Shown here one piece after another: positions 1 to 13,668 of a stretch of DNA of 64,000 bases. Location: positions 310,001 to 374,000 of the forward strand of contig NW_026515688.1 of the NCBI RefSeq assembly GCF_025526975.1, in the 5' to 3' direction. Each line of letters begins with the position of its first letter. Within the stretch, counting starts at the first letter, position 1. The notes beneath the pieces are model-generated. The model saw nothing but the letters and a program-made list of their open reading frames with translations, did not search any database and was not told where the DNA came from. A program made the position numbers and the translations under genes. This stretch comes from Fimicolochytrium jonesii (taxonomy: Eukaryota).

Positions 1-3000
1 ATTTCTTCCAGGTTACTGACGATTTCGAACCATGCTCTGTCGTCTTGAGCCCCTGCTTCCCCGGCACGCTGAAGCGATCGCTCATCTAATGATTGCGATG
101 GGAGAGTCTGTGAGATGGTAACCACCCGGATTTGGTGGCGTATAGTGGGAGATAACAGGCTACGTACCGTTTCTCGCCCAGTCGGTTAGATGGTCCAATT
201 GCTCCTTAATGTCTTGCCGCCTCAAAGGTATCTTGCTCTGTTGGCATGTGATGAATATTTTGTTGTACAGCCTACCCTCCGAATCGGCACGCTGTTCCCA
301 CCTTTTGACAGTCGAATAAGAGGTTCCTGATCAACCCGGTCAGCGGCGTCAATATATCTAAATTTCGCAGAGGGAGCAGATCCAAAAGAGCCGTGAAAAA
401 AGCATCTGCGATGCGATATCGTTGGACCGTCGATTAAGCGCGTTCAATGGGATTACGGACGTGCTCTAAATGGTCTTACCATTGGATAGGAAGGTCGCTT
501 TGTTGTCCTTTGAAATGGCGAGGAGACTCAACACATGCAGCGAGGCGCATCGCACTTGCATATTCCGGACCGCCAGACACTCGAGGAGGATGTCGAACGC
601 TCCTGAAGGATGCTTAGCACTGCGTTGCTTCCACGCCCGCAACACCAGAATGGCCTCTTACCATCGATGCGCATGAAGTTTACTTGTCCATCTCTATGAT
701 AAGTGTAAGCCCGAAAAAAGCCTAGCAAAGCCGCCAGTTTGGGATATGCCTTTGCCTTCGCGAAGCCATCCATGATGGAGGACAGAGCCGCTATGATATT
801 CATCTGCGGTCGAATGGGATCTCAGCCTCAGTTCACATGAACCGCGTCATTATCAAAAACCCCACCTTCCACAGCACTCGTCTAGGCTCGCTCTGCATCA
901 CCGCTATCTTCAAAACCTCCACTGCCCCAAAGACTACTTCGGCGTCCATGTTCTCCCGCAGCACATTCAAGATCACATTGACACCTATCATGCCCCTGGC
1001 GCCTTCTCCAGCAGGCTCGAGTAACACTTTGGTTAATTCGCCCGAGTTGGCACTCATATTCCGCAAACACGTCAAGCACTCGAGCATAACCATCTCGTCA
1101 GTATCGTTCCGCAGCATGATCCGATACAAAGTTGAATGCAGGCTGAGAGTCACCGCAGCGGCTTTGACTTCCGGGGAACCTGCCAAGGCGTGTCGAAATA
1201 CAGATATGATGGCAAAGAGTCCTTGATGCTGCTCAAATGTACTGGACTCATGCAGCAACTGCTGGGCTTTAGCTGCTAGCTTCTTCAGTATCCGGGCGGC
1301 AATGGCATGGTGTTTGACGAAATCGAAACAGCCCAGCAGGCATTGCAGAGATATACGAACCGATTCCAACAGCGGTGCGTCTTCGGCATCGTGTGCTTTA
1401 AGCAACAAAGGAATAAGATCGTTGCATAAAGCCGATCCGATGGGCAGGGAATCGCGTCCAGTCTCGCATGGTGTTGTGAGGATTTGCGTCATAGATAAAT
1501 CGACGACCATGCTACAATGCAAGGCCAGGATCCGCGAGAGCAACTGACACGTTGCTCTTACTAGCGGAGATGTAGCGTCAGGTACGGGGCGATTTATTCT
1601 GCTCTGCAAGCCCTTCAAAGTTGTTAGGCCACCCGAGGTGCGAAACAAATCTTCCAATTGGGATGTCCGGGCGGCCGCATAGTCGTGAATCATGCTTGCA
1701 CACAGAGTGAGACCCCAGAAGGCTTGCCGGTCCACCAATGGATTCCCCGATTCCGATAATACGCCATCCTTATTTGCTTCATATCCGCCGAGGATCTGTA
1801 TGATGCAGGAGAAAATCGTGTCGGAGGCAACAAGTCGCCGCTTGATGCCCTCATCAGACTCGGCCTCGACCCACAGGATCTCCAGTATACTGGCATGCAG
1901 TGACGGAATCACCGGGCCAGAAATCCGCATACGGTGCATCCGTTTCAGATGATCGACGATGCAGCCATCAGCGATGGTGTCTTGGTCAGGGTGCTTGCCT
2001 GTAAGGGCGGCGACCATTCCGTCCCAGATATCACTACTGCGCAAGGTTTCGAGGCAGTACATCGTATCCAGCTTCATGACAAGCAAAAGAAGACTGAAGA
2101 GGGAATTCAGCACTACGGGTCTTCTTCGTAAACGGCCCTCAGAATCCTTGGAGAGGATGTTTGTGACTTTCGCAAAGAACTGATGATGATCGAGTAGTTT
2201 CATTGCGTCCCCAACAGGAGTATGAGCTGGTCCCGAGGCCTCTACATGCACGATTCCACGACTGAAAGAACAAGCAAGAAAACTTCCGATGAAATCCAAG
2301 CAGGCGGATGTATAATCATCCTCGACGATGTCCTGGTCAACCATTGTGAATGCTTTTTCCAGCATGTCCATGGCTTGAGCCATTTCAAGTACACCGTCAG
2401 GTGGTGCAAGAAGTAGTAGGTCGCCCGCAATACCCATCTTGAGACTGCGCACGGTAACATCATCGTCCGGATGTTCTCCCCAAAGCCATTGAAGCGAGTC
2501 CAGCGTTGGTATGTCGTCAGTGACCGTGCATTCCTTGAGCTGATGCAGCAACGTCCGAAGACACATGAGAGCTTTAGAATAGAGTTCGCATGCCCCAAAG
2601 CAGAGCGTTCCGGCTGATGCCGATCCATCTGATTTGGCAATATGTGCCACCTCAACGATCGTCTTGAAGCTTTCGGCAAGCATCCTCTGCGACTCAACCG
2701 CGTTTGAGGCAGCAACGCAGCTGCCAAACCAACTCAAGGCATCCAAAGCGCTCATATGATCTACGACCGAAGTGCTGTTGACTAGGTGATGTAGCGTTGA
2801 TAGTAGCGTCGGTACGATCCCTGTCCGCGAGATCATGTCACGTACCACGGTGGGCGGCAGATTTTGAAAGAAGTGGCTTCCAATTGACAGGATTTCTCGT
2901 CGAAGAGAAGTTGAGATGTCAGACTCTAGTTCTTCGCTCGCGAGAGGTTGATCCGACCAGTTACACTCAGTTTGCAGCAGCAGCAAGAACAAACGCTCGA

Positions 3001-6000
3001 GTCCTGTGACAAATACTCCTTGCAGCGCAACGAGTGCCGTGGGGAATCTAATCATTCCCCTCAACGTAATGAGGACGTGCAGCAACAGGGTTGCATCCTC
3101 CAATGTTGCAGGCTGCTTGGTGATGATTTTGGCAAACACCTGCGCAAGGCTGTGGCCGTCCATTTGAGAGCCGTCCAAGTTGCATGATTCTCGAAGCGCT
3201 TGAAGTCCCCGATTGAAATCATCATGGCTCTTTGCGGCTTTGAGGATGTCAATTGCGAATGACTGATGCCATGCAAACAGGTTTCGCTCAGTTGCCACCA
3301 GCTTTCGTTCCGTGTGCGGCAGGGTGATCTTTGACCGATAATCTGATGAATGATAGTTGTCAAATACCAAGCCCCATAACCTGAGATGCTTCTGCCCTCA
3401 TACCTTTCAGGCATGCTAACCAGATGCTTGCAGTCACCCCATTCAGCTCCAATGTTGACGTGGGGTAGTTGACAACTCCAACGATTTGATACGATCGTTT
3501 GATTGCGGGTAATAGATTGACGTCCAACGGCATCTCTGCCAGAATCACTTGAGAGAAGATACATGCCATCTCATAACGCAACCTAGCATCAGGATGGAAA
3601 ACAAGCGAGATGAACAAATCCTGATCTTCCACCGACTTCCAGAGGGGCAGCACACCAGCTCGGTCGGCTTCAAACAGCTTGCGGAAAATGAAAATCATTG
3701 CTTGCATATCCACCGTGTCCAGCGGGGGATGAGCTTGCATATATTTTAAGAGGGCTGAGTGCACCTCCCTGTCGAGAGAATGCTGTCTCACTTTGTGGTC
3801 ATGTATGCTCTCGGCAACCTCGTGCAGAGCTTGGCTCAGACCAACGCCGTCAGCACCAGACCTTCGCAAGTGTGAGAGAAGACGTTCCACAAGAGTAGCG
3901 GCCTCCGGATGCGATGTTTTCCGCGGCTCCCGTTCGAAGGTTTCGCTCAACGACAAAGGCAAAAGCAGGGCGTCGGCGACATCCGGGATTTCTTTGCGGG
4001 GAATGGATCGGCCATCGAGATATTCAATCAAGGCGCTTGCTGCCTGCTCTCTCAGTTTCCGGTTTCTGTGCAGCAAAGTGCGGAAGTTGCATCCGCGAGT
4101 GTCCCGATTCGAGGGCTTCACCTTGTCAACCACTTTATTGGATAGCTGGTCATTGTAATTGTACACCATTTGTAACCACGGGAACACGTTACGAAGAACT
4201 TTGCCATCGACGTGGTCGATGCCATTCTCGAGTATGTCAGAAGCCAGGCGCGACTCGGCGTTGGCGACATCGGGGCAGGCGAGACTGACAAGACCGAGGA
4301 TAAGCTTCTCGCCTATCAACGTGTGAGCTTTTTCTGTGGTCGACGTTTGCAGATGCCCCTGAAGCTCATGAATGGTGACAGACCGCACCCAGCTCTGCTC
4401 GTGCGCCAATAGGTAACCATAAAGCTGATCGGCCTTTCCGAGATTGTTCGGCGCAAGTCCAAGGATAGTGCTGGGAACGGCGTTCGGGCCCGCTGTATTC
4501 AGGAAGCAATGGAGGATACTGGCCAGAAAGTGTCGTTCTTCCTGGAAGAAGTTCAATATCAAAGTCTACAATTTCACTCCAAACGCTAGTGCAGTGAGAG
4601 TCTAACCTTCAGTGCTGGCAACAACTCCGTGACCACATCCATAGCGAAACAAACGATCTGCTCTCTGCGGACTACTCCAAGAACTTGTGCATCGGACGAA
4701 GGAGTGCTTTGAATCGTTCCGAGGAGTTCGAGAATAAGACACTTGGCGATCTGAGCGGTCGACTCAACATCATGTCTGAAGCTCAACTGCAGTCTCACCG
4801 CAGGTAATAGGCCGTAGAGCAAGGGCAAGAGGAGAGTACCATGGTCAAACGTTCCCAGACAATGGATGAGCCTTATGAACATCCCACTGCAGGTTGTCGC
4901 GTATACATGGATTTGCTGGGGAACTTCGTTCGACTGCCCATCCACGTCCTCCAGAAAGCTTGAAGAATTTGGAGTGGCAGCGTCAACGGTATGGGAGGTT
5001 GTCAGCAGTCCTAGGCATTCGCGACTCCATTCAGTGACCAATCTCTGCAGGTAATTCATTGCATATGCGCCTGCGTCTTCCTTGACCGCTTCTACAAGCA
5101 GCTGAGCGAGTCTTAGAACAAGATGACATTCCACTCGGAATCGATAGCGCAAGGCTTACTTCCAACAAGTCGTCTCTCCGCAGGAACACGCCAGGCCCTA
5201 ACCGATAAATCACGGCCTCAAACAGGTTGCGATTGTGGGCTACATCATCCATCGAATCGCGAAAATCGTAGAGAAGTTGCTCGTCAGCTTCAGTAAGTGA
5301 GGTGTCTGCGGAACAATGGTAGAGAGGTTGGCAGAACTCTTGCAGCACGGACTGCGTCGCTATGTCGATGTCTGCGGATGCTACATCCCCTCGTGCTACT
5401 GATTGCTTCGGGCTTACGATCTCAGTCTTGAAACCCACAACTTGGGTGGCTTGCGCCTTCCAAAGGACATGAAACTTCTCCACAGCCACTTGCGGAGTTG
5501 TATGCACCAAACGGCCCAATAGCGCTCGGCTCCTTCGACGTATGATCTCGGGAATATTCTCCTCCTTGCCTATGGATTCCAAGATGTTCAAAGCCTCGGC
5601 ATTCAGGAGCCCTGCGCGTCCTACTGGGTTCTAGGCCAATTCAGAACTCGTTAAGTCTTCCAATGTACAGGCCTTCGCAGGGCTTACATCAATCAAATCA
5701 TCCAGAAACTCTAGGATGTTCTCACGCTCCGCTGCGTATTGATTCCCCCCAGTTCTTTTCACAGTTGCTAAGAGGGCGTGTAGGAGATCCGAATCCAATG
5801 CGATGCTCTCTGTTGACATCTAGATGTTGGTCGAGTCACATCACGAGCACCCTCAGTCAGTCGCTCACCCTTCGTTATTGCACCCGTCCTCAGCTTAAGC
5901 TGTTGATGCAGTAAGCTTGGAAGACTGGAGTGGCGGAACGTCAAAATACAGCTTGACAACAGACGTACCTTCAGATTTTGGAGCGCTCTTTGCCTCACTT

Positions 6001-6101
6001 CCGCCAGTGGATGGTCTAGGGTTCCCAGTTCCTGGTTAGCTTTCAGAGACAATGGCTCCTGCTCTACATCATCCCCACCAACCTATCTTCGACGCGCTCA
6101 T
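1..6101 (-). CDS. RTTN: Rotatin-like armadillo-repeat centriole/basal body protein (multi-exon, 3' end runs off the window)
   Basis: The spliced N-terminus MSASKI-DHPLAEVRQRALQNLK-LKLRTGAIT (ATG at 6101, GT-AG introns) resembles the rotatin N-terminal motif (GHQLAEIRERALKSI). Long helical Leu-rich exons follow (ORFs 5031-5591, 4586-5152, 3360-4562, 833-3370, 528-803), consistent with a >1900 aa ARM protein. Confidence 0.75.
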
Positions 6102-6453
6102 TGTAGGACTATGGGGCGATCTATCGGGGCGTTGCAGCAACGAGAGGGATGTTTCGGTTCGCCATCTGGCTATATAAACAATCCTCTCAGCCGTTTGGCT
6201 TAATTATCTTTGGGGATGGGCAGTTTCTCACGGAGAGTGGTTTCCACGCAGTTTCCACTTTTCCACGAGTCCGAACGAGTGGCTGTGCACCCAATGTCAA
6301 CGCGATCCGAGACCACTTTCCCACAAGTCAAAGGAAAATGTTTCTACTACAAAGTGGGTCCAAAATCGCATGTGTATGCTATATATTGCAAAATCTCAGA
6401 AACAAGTACGTAGACAAACTCAATCCACCCCATGACATCCCAAATCGCACCCA

Positions 6454-8640
6454 TCAAGCGAACCCAGCAGCAATCGCCACAGCAGCGATTCCTGCAGCGG
6501 CGGCGGCACCATACTGAGCAAACTTCGATGTAGTACCACTATGCTGATCCTCAACGGGAACGGTGGGAACGGCAGAAACGGCGGGAACGGCGGGAACGAC
6601 GGGGGAAGCATAGGGGTCGGGGAAAGTAGGAGTGGCAACGGTATCTGCGTCAGCCCACGCGGCGTCCCCACCAGGGTTTGATGCGCGAAGATTGATGCGA
6701 GCCGACTTCTTCACGGGCACACCGCGGCTGTCTACTGGCCAAACCATCCAATTACCGGGTTGCGCAATATTGGAATTGACCGGTAGTTTGACCAGAAGCT
6801 TGTCTTTCCCGTATTTTAATATCTCGAGCTCAATATGACGCTGGTCGAGATTGACGGTGTGCGTCATTGACGCATAGCGAATGATGCCAACCTTAGCGAT
6901 GGAGATGGCGTTGGCGGTAGTAAACGGGAGGATGATTTGCTGTCCGTAAGCGACATTCGTGACGGCCAGAGTGCCCAGTTCCAGAATGTTGGCGGCGAAT
7001 TTGTACGGAGGGGAGTACACGTCCAACGAGAAGTCGGCGGGATTCTGAGTGTTGGGCGAGTCACCGTTCTGGGCATCCCCTCCCCCAGCGACAATGGTGC
7101 CGTCTTCGCGAAGCAAGGCCGTATTGTGATAGTGGCGAGCGGTCGGTGCCTCGGCAGCAACGACCCATCGTTTCACATGGCCAACTGGAGCCTTCGGATC
7201 AAAGAGCACCAGTTGCTTGACACCCTGACTAGCCAAAGGGAGCCCAAAGACACCGCCTTGATGTCCTCTGCCAGAGCCACTGAGGATAGCAACGCGGCCA
7301 TCAGGGAGATTCACCGATGCGGGTTGAGAGCGGGCAATGGGCATGTCCTCACGAGTCCATGCAGCTCCATCGGTTTCGAGAGGCAGATAATGACAGCGCT
7401 GAGTCACGCCGCAGTTCGGACAGTTTGCGTACCAATCTGTCGCTCCATAATCGCGAGCAATTTGAGCACCTGTTGCATCCGTGCTATTCACACCGCCGCA
7501 AAACCACGACTCCATCTTGTAATCATCACGGTAGCTCAGCATTGGGACGAAGTTTGTGCCCGGAAATGGGAAGCTGCGGCCGAGCAAACCATTCTCCTTC
7601 GCCAAGTCGAGATTGACATGAGGAGTTTCCGTATTTGCGGTGATATCGACGATCGCGGACTCATTGTTCGCATACACCCACAACTTTCCAGAGTGAGGAA
7701 GCACATATACAACGGGATACATGTTGACAGGGTAATTCCTCTTCAGCACATCGAGAGTTCGCGGTGGCGTTGACTTCAATGTCGAGGGATTGAAAATCTC
7801 ATATGTAGGATTGTCCCATGAAGCGTTGTTACTGATGAAGAATGCCCGTTGACCGCCAACGATTGCAATGCGCTCGTCGGGTAATGTAACGAGTGATGGG
7901 TACCAGCGACCCCACATGGCCCGGGCAGGATCGTCGGGACCGAGATTGTTCGCGTTGTAAATTTCCGCTACTTTGGCATACACTGGACCCGTCGTCCCAG
8001 TGGAGGGAGTGTAAAAACGAATGTCGCGTCGCCCATCACTAAGTATCGGGTTACGTGATAATCAATAAACCTTCCAAAACTTCAATTTCTCTTCATGAAG
8101 AAGCATTGCTATGATCACTCACGAAGTGTAACTCGCGCTCACACCTGCGCTATTGGTAAACTGGCGGTACCAGAACTGATCCCCGCCAACGACAACATAA
8201 CGTCCATCTGCCATCTGTGAATGGCCCCCGCAGAAGGCATATCCCATGTTTTTGCCGACGGTGTCATTCGGGGCAAAGTGGCGGTCGATAATCGTATAGG
8301 TTTTTGTATTGAAGTCGAACTCGCCAGCATCGCTTAGGTAGTCTTTCACGTTTGGGTTCCCATTATACCAACCAGTTGCACTGCGAGCAACCAGGTCTGC
8401 CTGGGAGAAACCATCGGACTGTTGTCCCAAATAATGTAGGCGCTCGTTTAGAAACAATTTGTCTCCCGGGTTCAGTGCCATATGGACGGGCACGATGCCG
8501 CAATTATCGGTAAATTTGACCCAACTCCCGATATCTGCAGGTAACGTCGAAGTTGTTTGCGCGCAGATGGGCGAAACAAGAGCGGCAGCTACAAGATGAG
8601 CTGCCAGTCGCGCGGAGACGTATCGTCTAACCTTTCCCAT
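6454..8640 (-). CDS. Secreted copper radical oxidase (glyoxal oxidase-like, CAZy AA5) with C-terminal DUF1929 Ig-like domain and hydrophobic tail
   Basis: Has a signal peptide (AAHLVAAALVSPICA) and the AA5 cofactor motifs AFCGGH (Cys), RWYPS (Tyr), RHYHN (Tyr/His) and SMTHTVNLDQR (His). The DUF1929 segment reads PVNSNIAQPGNWMVW. There is one intron at about 8040-8121. Confidence 0.9.
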
Positions 8641-9141
8641 TTTCAGCTACTTTGGCCTGGAAGTGTTTGGCAACGATATCTCCAGACGGTCGTTCGGCCC
8701 TTTTAGCGAGACTCTCAGGCTGCTTCCGGGGTCAATCGTAACTCCATTCCCCGTTAAAAGGATGGCCCCTCTGGTGCGCCCTGCCCGAGTCGAATCGTCA
8801 CGGTCCCGGCCCATCGTTGGAGAAACAAGCTCAAAGTTAACCTTGGGTTGCAGCACCAGCTGAATTTACGCTCAAGGCAATCTGGAATTCAAGTCCTCCA
8901 GAACCAGATCCACGCCGGAACAGCCGTAGCTATAGATGTGTTGTTGAAGACACGTGACCCTCAGATCGCATCCGGACAAACAACCCGCGACTCCGCGAGA
9001 GTCCGAAACCCCTTCCAAGTGCCAGATTTCCAAGTGCTCCTTGCCTTTAGAATTCACCTCAAAAACTCACACCATCCAAGCTGCTTTCTTGGGGTCGCAT
9101 CACCACAGGCATCCTCTTCATTGCCTCAATACCAACTAGCC

Positions 9142-11867
9142 ATGACCGTCCCGATACAACTCAGTACTGGCTCGCTGCTTCATATCTATGAGTCGGACAA
9201 GCCGAACTCCTTTCCTAACGCGGTCGTTCAAGTTCTGAATATCAAGAAAATCACGACTCAACCGTCCAGCCCGGACCGATACAGGTAAACTTGCATGTTG
9301 CGTTGTAAAACGCTACTCTGAGACCGCTCCGCCTTTTTCAACACGTCTCCTTTGCCAGACTTATTGTATCGGATGGTGCTCACTTTATGCAAGGTGAGCT
9401 TTATGTCGTTTTTGAAGGCGTCTGGATATCATCTTGGGCGACAGCAGCAGTATAACCGACGTTCCACATATATATATACAGCTATGCTTGCCACGCAACT
9501 GAACCCCCACGTCGTAAATGATGAAATTCGGAAGAACGGGGTCCTCAGAATGAAACGTTCCGTTTGCAATACAGTCGCCAATAAGAGGCAAGGGTTCTCT
9601 AGCCCCGAGAAATCGTTCTGAATTGGTGATAATCTCAGGGTTATGTGACTTCGTGAACTTAGGATCATCATCATTCTTGAAATCGAAGTGCTTACGCCAT
9701 TTGCGGAGCTCCCCAAGCAAGGCACACCAATCAACGTGGACGGGCAAGGTACACCCGGGGCAGGAAATCAAGCAAACCTCAACCAGCAAGGGCCAGCCCA
9801 GCCGCAACAAGACACGGGTCATGGGCAACAAAGCAGTGGCGGGCAGCAAACCAGTGGCGGCAACTTTTACGGAGGGAATGGCGGCAATAACGTGTATACC
9901 AATTCCAACGCGTCCCGGGGGACATATCAGGACAACAATCCATACGGAGGTGGAAACTCAGGGATGTCGAATATGCCCCCGACAGGAGGAAACGCGCCGA
10001 TGGACATCTTTTCCATTAAGGCACTAACCCCATACCAGAACAGGTAACTGTGTTTACCATCTGAAGCAATTTACGGGTCTGTACTTGTGCTGAATTGCGG
10101 CGTGTTGTTACTTAGATGGACGATCAAAGCGCGCGTCGTCAACAAGTCTGAGGTCAAGCATTGGGACAACGCTCGCGGGTCGGGAAAGCTGTTCAGCTGT
10201 ACCTTTGTTGATGAGACTGGCGAGATCAGAGCCACCGGCTTCAAGGAAGCGGTCGAGTTATTTTACGATTTGTTGAAGGAGGGCAAGGTGTACTACATAT
10301 CGAAGGCGCCAATCAAAATGGCGAAGAGGCAGTTCTCCAACGTGAACAACGAATACGAAATGACGCTCGATCCCCAAAGTACCGTGACCGAGGTACGTCT
10401 TCACAGCAACGTGTTCCTCACCGCTTTCTTCTATACTGATGGTCTCTCGCATTTAAGTGCTCGGATGCTGGAAACATCCCCACTATGCGCTATAGTTTTG
10501 TAGGACTGAACAGTCTTTTCGACATCGAGGCCAACAGTATGATAGGTAGAGAAAGCACTCATCATCATATGTGCTCCTACTTCGTTCTGACCTGATACCT
10601 TCAAACAGACGTGATCGGGGTTGTGAAAAGTGTGGGGGAATTGTCTGAAATCATCTCGAAGACTACCCAGAAACCCGTACGTTTCGAGCTAAGCCTTCAA
10701 ACGGAGAGGGACCCCATTACTGAGTCCGTTTTCTGCAGTTCAAGAAACGCGATACCACCATCGTCGATCAGAATGGCTTTGAAGTTCGTATGACCCTCTG
10801 GGGACAACAAGCGGAAACTTTTGAGCCCATGGACAACCCTGTTGTCGCAGTAAAGGGAGTGAAGCTGGGCGATTTTGGAGGTCGATCCCTCTCCCTGATG
10901 GGTTCTTCGTCATTTGCCGTCAACCCCGACATTCCGGAGGCACATCAGCTTCGGGGATGGTACGATTCCACCGGGAAGACTGCGCATTTCCAAGGGTATT
11001 CGAACGCCGGCCCAGGTGCCGTTAGTGGACCGGGTCAGAATGGTGGAAGGCGGGATCCCATGAAGTTCATTTCGCAGATCAAGGATGAGAACCTTGGCCT
11101 CGGTGAAAAGGTGCCGCGAGTCTCTTTTTGATACCCGAGCAACACTTACTGATAGATCGCATCGTATAGCCCGACTACTTCATGATCCGCGGCACTGTGA
11201 TGTTTATCAAAAACGAGAACATCTCGTACCCGGCCTGCCAGTCGGAGAGCTGCAACAAGAAAGTGACAGATATTGGCAACGGATGGAGATGCGAGAAGTG
11301 TGACAAGACATGGCCCGCGCCATCATATAGGTTAGCTCGTCAGTGAAGCTGATTGAGAGCTACTGCTCGATGCTGACCTGTCGTTTCATTGGATCAGATA
11401 CATCATGTCGTTCACCGTCAGCGACCACACAGGGCAGATATGGTTGCAAGGGTTCAACGACATTGGCGAAGCGATGCTGGGGAAGACTGCCGATGAAATG
11501 GCACAACTGAAGGTTCGTCACTGGTGGCACATGCCAATTTGCGGCCTACCGCTTCGCCCTGTGCTAATACAGGCATATTCGCTTTGTATTCAGGACTCCG
11601 GCAATCAAGCAGCATACGACGCTGCCTTCTCTGCGGCGCTTTTTAAATCTTGGGATTTCAAAGTTAGAGCTAAAGCCGAGACCTACCAGGTACGTGTCGA
11701 ATAGATGCATGAGACCGGAGCTTGATGCTGATCAATGTTACAACATGCATTTTATGATGCAGGACGAAGCCAAGGTCCGGACATCCGTGATGTCTTTCGT
11801 GCCAGTGGACTATGCGTCGGCATCCCTTGAGCTCGCGGACATGATTGAGCAGTTGAAGGTTATGTAG
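9142..11867 (+). CDS. RPA1: Replication protein A 70 kDa subunit
   Basis: OB-fold motifs [47 protein letters not shown] and [17 protein letters not shown], plus the zinc finger [13 protein letters not shown]...WRCEKC. Multi-exon; stop TAG at 11865-11867. Confidence 0.97.
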
Positions 11868-12753
11868 AAACGATAGACTCTTTACGAACACTTTGATCGG
11901 ATTCCAAGGACTTTATATGTATAGTTCGACTTGACATTAGTTTTTCGCTCATGACCACGTACTACATAAAAAGCAATTTTGAATGACATTCTTTCTTCAT
12001 GACTATAAGTGTAAAGCGTCGAGATTTGAGCGCTTTGAAAAAGCTCAGGGCGACTAACGACACGTTGGGCCACGTTCCGTTCGTGAACCCATGAACAGGG
12101 GTGAGAGTCGAGATGGCCGGACAAGTTCCCCCGACCGATCAGGACCGCTACATGGTATGGAGGTCCTTGTCGTTGTTGTTTCAATGATGTGGACAATGCG
12201 GCCTACATATCTTTTGCGACCGAACATGAACGACGAGGACTTCCCCAACGGGGCGACGTGTTCCCGCACCCGCAAGCCAGAGCCTCACTTCGATGGATGC
12301 CAAAGCACCAAAATACCTCCAAACGAAACCTGCATCGCCAGCTGCATTCTCATGTTATCATTACAAATCATCATGTTCAAAAGAAAAATCATATACATAA
12401 ATTACGGAATAGTCCCGGATTGTAAAAAGCGATGCATCTACATATATTTACGGGAAAGATGCGGTCGTGTGTGCAATATGTCCTGGGTGGAGTCTGAAAG
12501 ACTCTTGTGGGTTGTGGGGCGGGAGTGTGCGGTTGCTTTTCTGCCTCACTTTGTACTTTGTTGTATGAGAAGAGCTGATGGGGGTGTTGATGTCGGGGGC
12601 GTTGGTGATGTGTCGATGCAACTCGGGGGTATGCGATTGTTATCTCGCAAGTCCCTTCCGCATAGGACCAAGTTTTCACAGCCGATCCCTGCAGTGGAAG
12701 CTCCTTCCCAGTCGCCGCCACCATCCGGCCAATCCTCCTCAACCTCCCAATCT

Positions 12754-13364
12754 CTACAAATACGAAACCAAATTCTCCACATCATCCTCATCAAACTCCG
12801 CATGCGCATCCTCATCCTCATCCTCATCCTCCCCAACCACATTGTTCACACCATGCTGCAAAACTTCCTCCTCATCGTCCTCCCCAAAATCAAGCGCCTC
12901 TTCCTCGGTCATGGCCATCGGATAGTGGTATTCTGCCGGCGCGTGTGCGACTTCTTCTTCCTCTTCGAATTCTTGGCTCGCTTCTTCTTCTTCAGGTTCC
13001 GAGATGGCTTCCGGGGCGGCTACATGCACAGTGTCGGGGGTAAGGAGTTGTTTCCTATACGGAAAATGGAGATATCAGCTTTCCTGCTACTTTCGCCACT
13101 GCGGTTTACGAAGTCGAGGGTTGTCACACCTCAATCGAAATTCCTCCAATATAGCCTCCCGCTCCTTCTGGAACGCTCTCGGCTTCTTCCCGACCAGCTC
13201 TCCCGTGGCTGAGTCGAGGGCGTCGGCGGCGAGTGTTATGCCGGAGGTCATTTGTTTCCATTTTTCCTAGAGGTGGGGGGTGAGCGTGACATAGTGGGAA
13301 AGGCCGGGACATGGAGGTGACTTACTTCTGAGCCTTCGGAGGGGGCTGCTCGTTTGGGCAGCAT
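12754..13364 (-). CDS. Hypothetical small protein (~155 aa) with highly acidic C-terminal half
   Basis: Three exons joined by GT-AG introns (13267-13325 and about 13056-13129) give MLPKRAAPSEGSEEKWKQMTSG...EREAILEEFRLRKQLLTPDTV...EEEEE...DEDEDED...ENLVSYL*. Confidence 0.6.
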
Positions 13365-13410
13365 GTTGGGAGATGTGGAGTGCGGGTGGGTGGGTTGGTG
13401 GATGCTGGCA

Positions 13411-13436
<26 letters not shown>
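13411..13436 (+). repeat. G26 homopolymer (C26 on the minus strand)
   Basis: 26 consecutive G residues between the divergent acidic-protein and FGGY-kinase genes. Confidence 0.95.
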
Positions 13437-13441
<5 letters not shown>

Positions 13442-13668
13442 AGCGCAACAGGCTCAGCAACAGCGTCTTGTTCCAATGTTGAAAGTGTGTTGAACGGCTG
13501 CGGAGCTTCTCTCGCTTCTCCGCCGTCACACGTGAGCAATCCCGGACTCGCATCGAAGTTTGTCTGACATCCGGTGATCTCTGCATACGAAAGCAGCGTT
13601 CAAGGCGCACATATCGCGCTTCAAAGTGACGTAAAACGCCGTTCAGGCAGAGGATTCATCCTTGGACT

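Noticed and set aside
3343..3403. Apparent frameshift or overlap between rotatin ORFs 3360-4562 and 833-3370
   Set aside because: It is resolved by an ordinary ~61 nt phase-1 GTATGA...CAG intron, so this is neither a pseudogene nor a recoding site.
6130..6142. Palindrome CGTTGCAGCAACG upstream of rotatin, resembling an RFX X-box
   Set aside because: The spacing is shorter than the canonical X-box and I found no clear copy upstream of the MDH1B-like gene. One instance is not enough.
12091..13212. 373 aa plus-strand ORF
   Set aside because: It is the antisense shadow of the GAR/GAT-rich acidic gene plus UTR. Its I/L/F runs come from complementing E/D codons.
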